DNA from: Euprymna scolopes | Lineage: Eukaryota | DNA: 64,000 nucleotides | Direction: 5' to 3' (one strand) | NCBI GenBank assembly: GCA_053919585.1 | Contig: CM132790.1 | In this document: positions 62,801 through 64,000 of the stretch, piece by piece | Layout: each line of letters begins with the position of its first letter | How positions within the stretch are numbered: position 1 is the stretch's first letter | Translations under genes and position numbers: made by a program | Notes under the pieces: generated by a model | What the model was told of the DNA's origin: nothing | What the model saw: only the letters and a program-made list of their open reading frames with translations | The model's database searches: none

Positions 62801-64000
62801 TGCTCCATCGGGGGTTGAGGTTGGGGGGTGTTTTTAGGAGCAGGGTTATCTTCCTTTGCTTTTTTTCTGGAATCTCATTTGTCCTTTTTTCTCTGTTTCT
62901 TCTCCCGAGTCTGAGGAATGCGCCGCCAATTTTCTTTTCACCCCCCCCCTTTTCTTCTTCTTTTCTGCTTAGGGAGGCCTTTTTCTTCTTCCTCTCTACT
63001 GTTATCCAGTCTGACTGGGAGTTCTCCTTTTTTTCTTCTGTTTGGGCCGCCTTTGGCGCCAGGGTTGTTACAGGAATGGCAGCTGGGGGTCCATTTTGCT
63101 GGGCTCTGCTGGTACTTTTAGTGGACATGCCTTTGCTATATGGCCTGGCTTCTGGCAGCTCTAGCAATGTGGTCGTCTACCTTCTACTATAAGAGACATA
63201 GTCCAATTCTCGCACTTCAACTGCGCGGGGATGGAGTTGTGGCCCTTTCTGTCTACCTTCATCATTATATGATAGTCTCCGGTCTGTATATTTCTTGGGC
63301 CGCGGACTGGAGTAATTGCCTCGACGTCCCCGTGTTGTGATAATATCGCCCCGAGAAAATCTGCGCTTATGCAGCATGGGACTCCTAACACAGACACTAA
63401 CGTCCTCCTTTTTTCCAAATACTCGGGTTTGAACCTAACCCCTTTCCAGATTAGGTCCTCTTTTGCGAGCCTCTCCGCTTCCTCCTTGTTATTCACCAGG
63501 ACGTCCCACATTGCGTAGCTGCGCCTGATGTAGTATAAGCCTGGAACGTCCACCAACATATTGACAAAGCTGTCCTTTGGTACTCCTACCAATCCTCTCT
63601 AGTTGATGTCCAATGTAACAAAGGACACAATCCTGGTGCACAAGGCTTCTAGCGTGCCTGGTTCCGGCCTTATTACATTTCCCTCTGTCAGGGCTTGGTA
63701 TTTAGTACTGAACATTTTTCTATATATTCCTCTGTGCCTTTGGGCCCCATGTAGTTTTGCCAGGGCAAGTTCGATTCTCTTCCTCCGGCGCCTTCTTTGC
63801 CTCCCTTTCACTAGCATCCCTCTCTGTTGCTGATGTCCCTGCCGTTCGCAGATTTAGGGACTGCGACCTCCTGAGGTCTTGCCCCCTCTGCGGGCTGCAT
63901 CCTGCTGACCTGACCGTCCTATGTGTGTCTTTTTCAGCCGATGGATGTCTACTCCTTGGTAATTGCCACGCCTCTCAAGGGGATTTATCGAGCCAGCTCC
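59880..64000 (-). mobile_element. Tx1/L1-clade LINE with ORF1, ORF2 and 3' end; RT core internally deleted
   Basis: ORF1 pieces 63161-63592, 62769-63167, 62422-62808; ORF2 60716-62134 (LQETH, SDHK), 60461-60676 (YRPITLLN); at ~60288 jumps to C-terminal FFKHQLKVK...RW; 3' end near 59880. Confidence 0.88.

Overview
AT-rich animal (invertebrate-type) genomic DNA made almost entirely of nested transposable elements; I find no host protein gene, rRNA, tRNA or CRISPR. The window holds six mostly decayed BEL/Pao LTR retrotransposons and four Ty3/Gypsy-type elements or fragments. One Gypsy (Mag-like) is very young, with identical 283-bp LTRs and a 5-bp TSD. There are also several 5'-truncated CR1/Jockey-group LINE copies, four Tx1/L1-type LINE pieces, two Penelope-like (GIY-YIG) remnants (one with a minimal hammerhead ribozyme) and Merlin-like TIR elements. 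Nearly all coding remnants lie on the minus strand, as in uni-strand piRNA clusters. The best novelty candidate is the BEL/Pao lineage itself. All four copies that keep their 3' end have a TAF3-like PHD finger after the integrase. The copies that keep their 5' junction lack a tRNA PBS and instead have a leader complementary to their own LTR. This parallels Tf1/sushi chromoviruses (self-priming plus a chromatin-reading integrase tail). All comparisons were made by eye, and boundaries of decayed elements are approximate.
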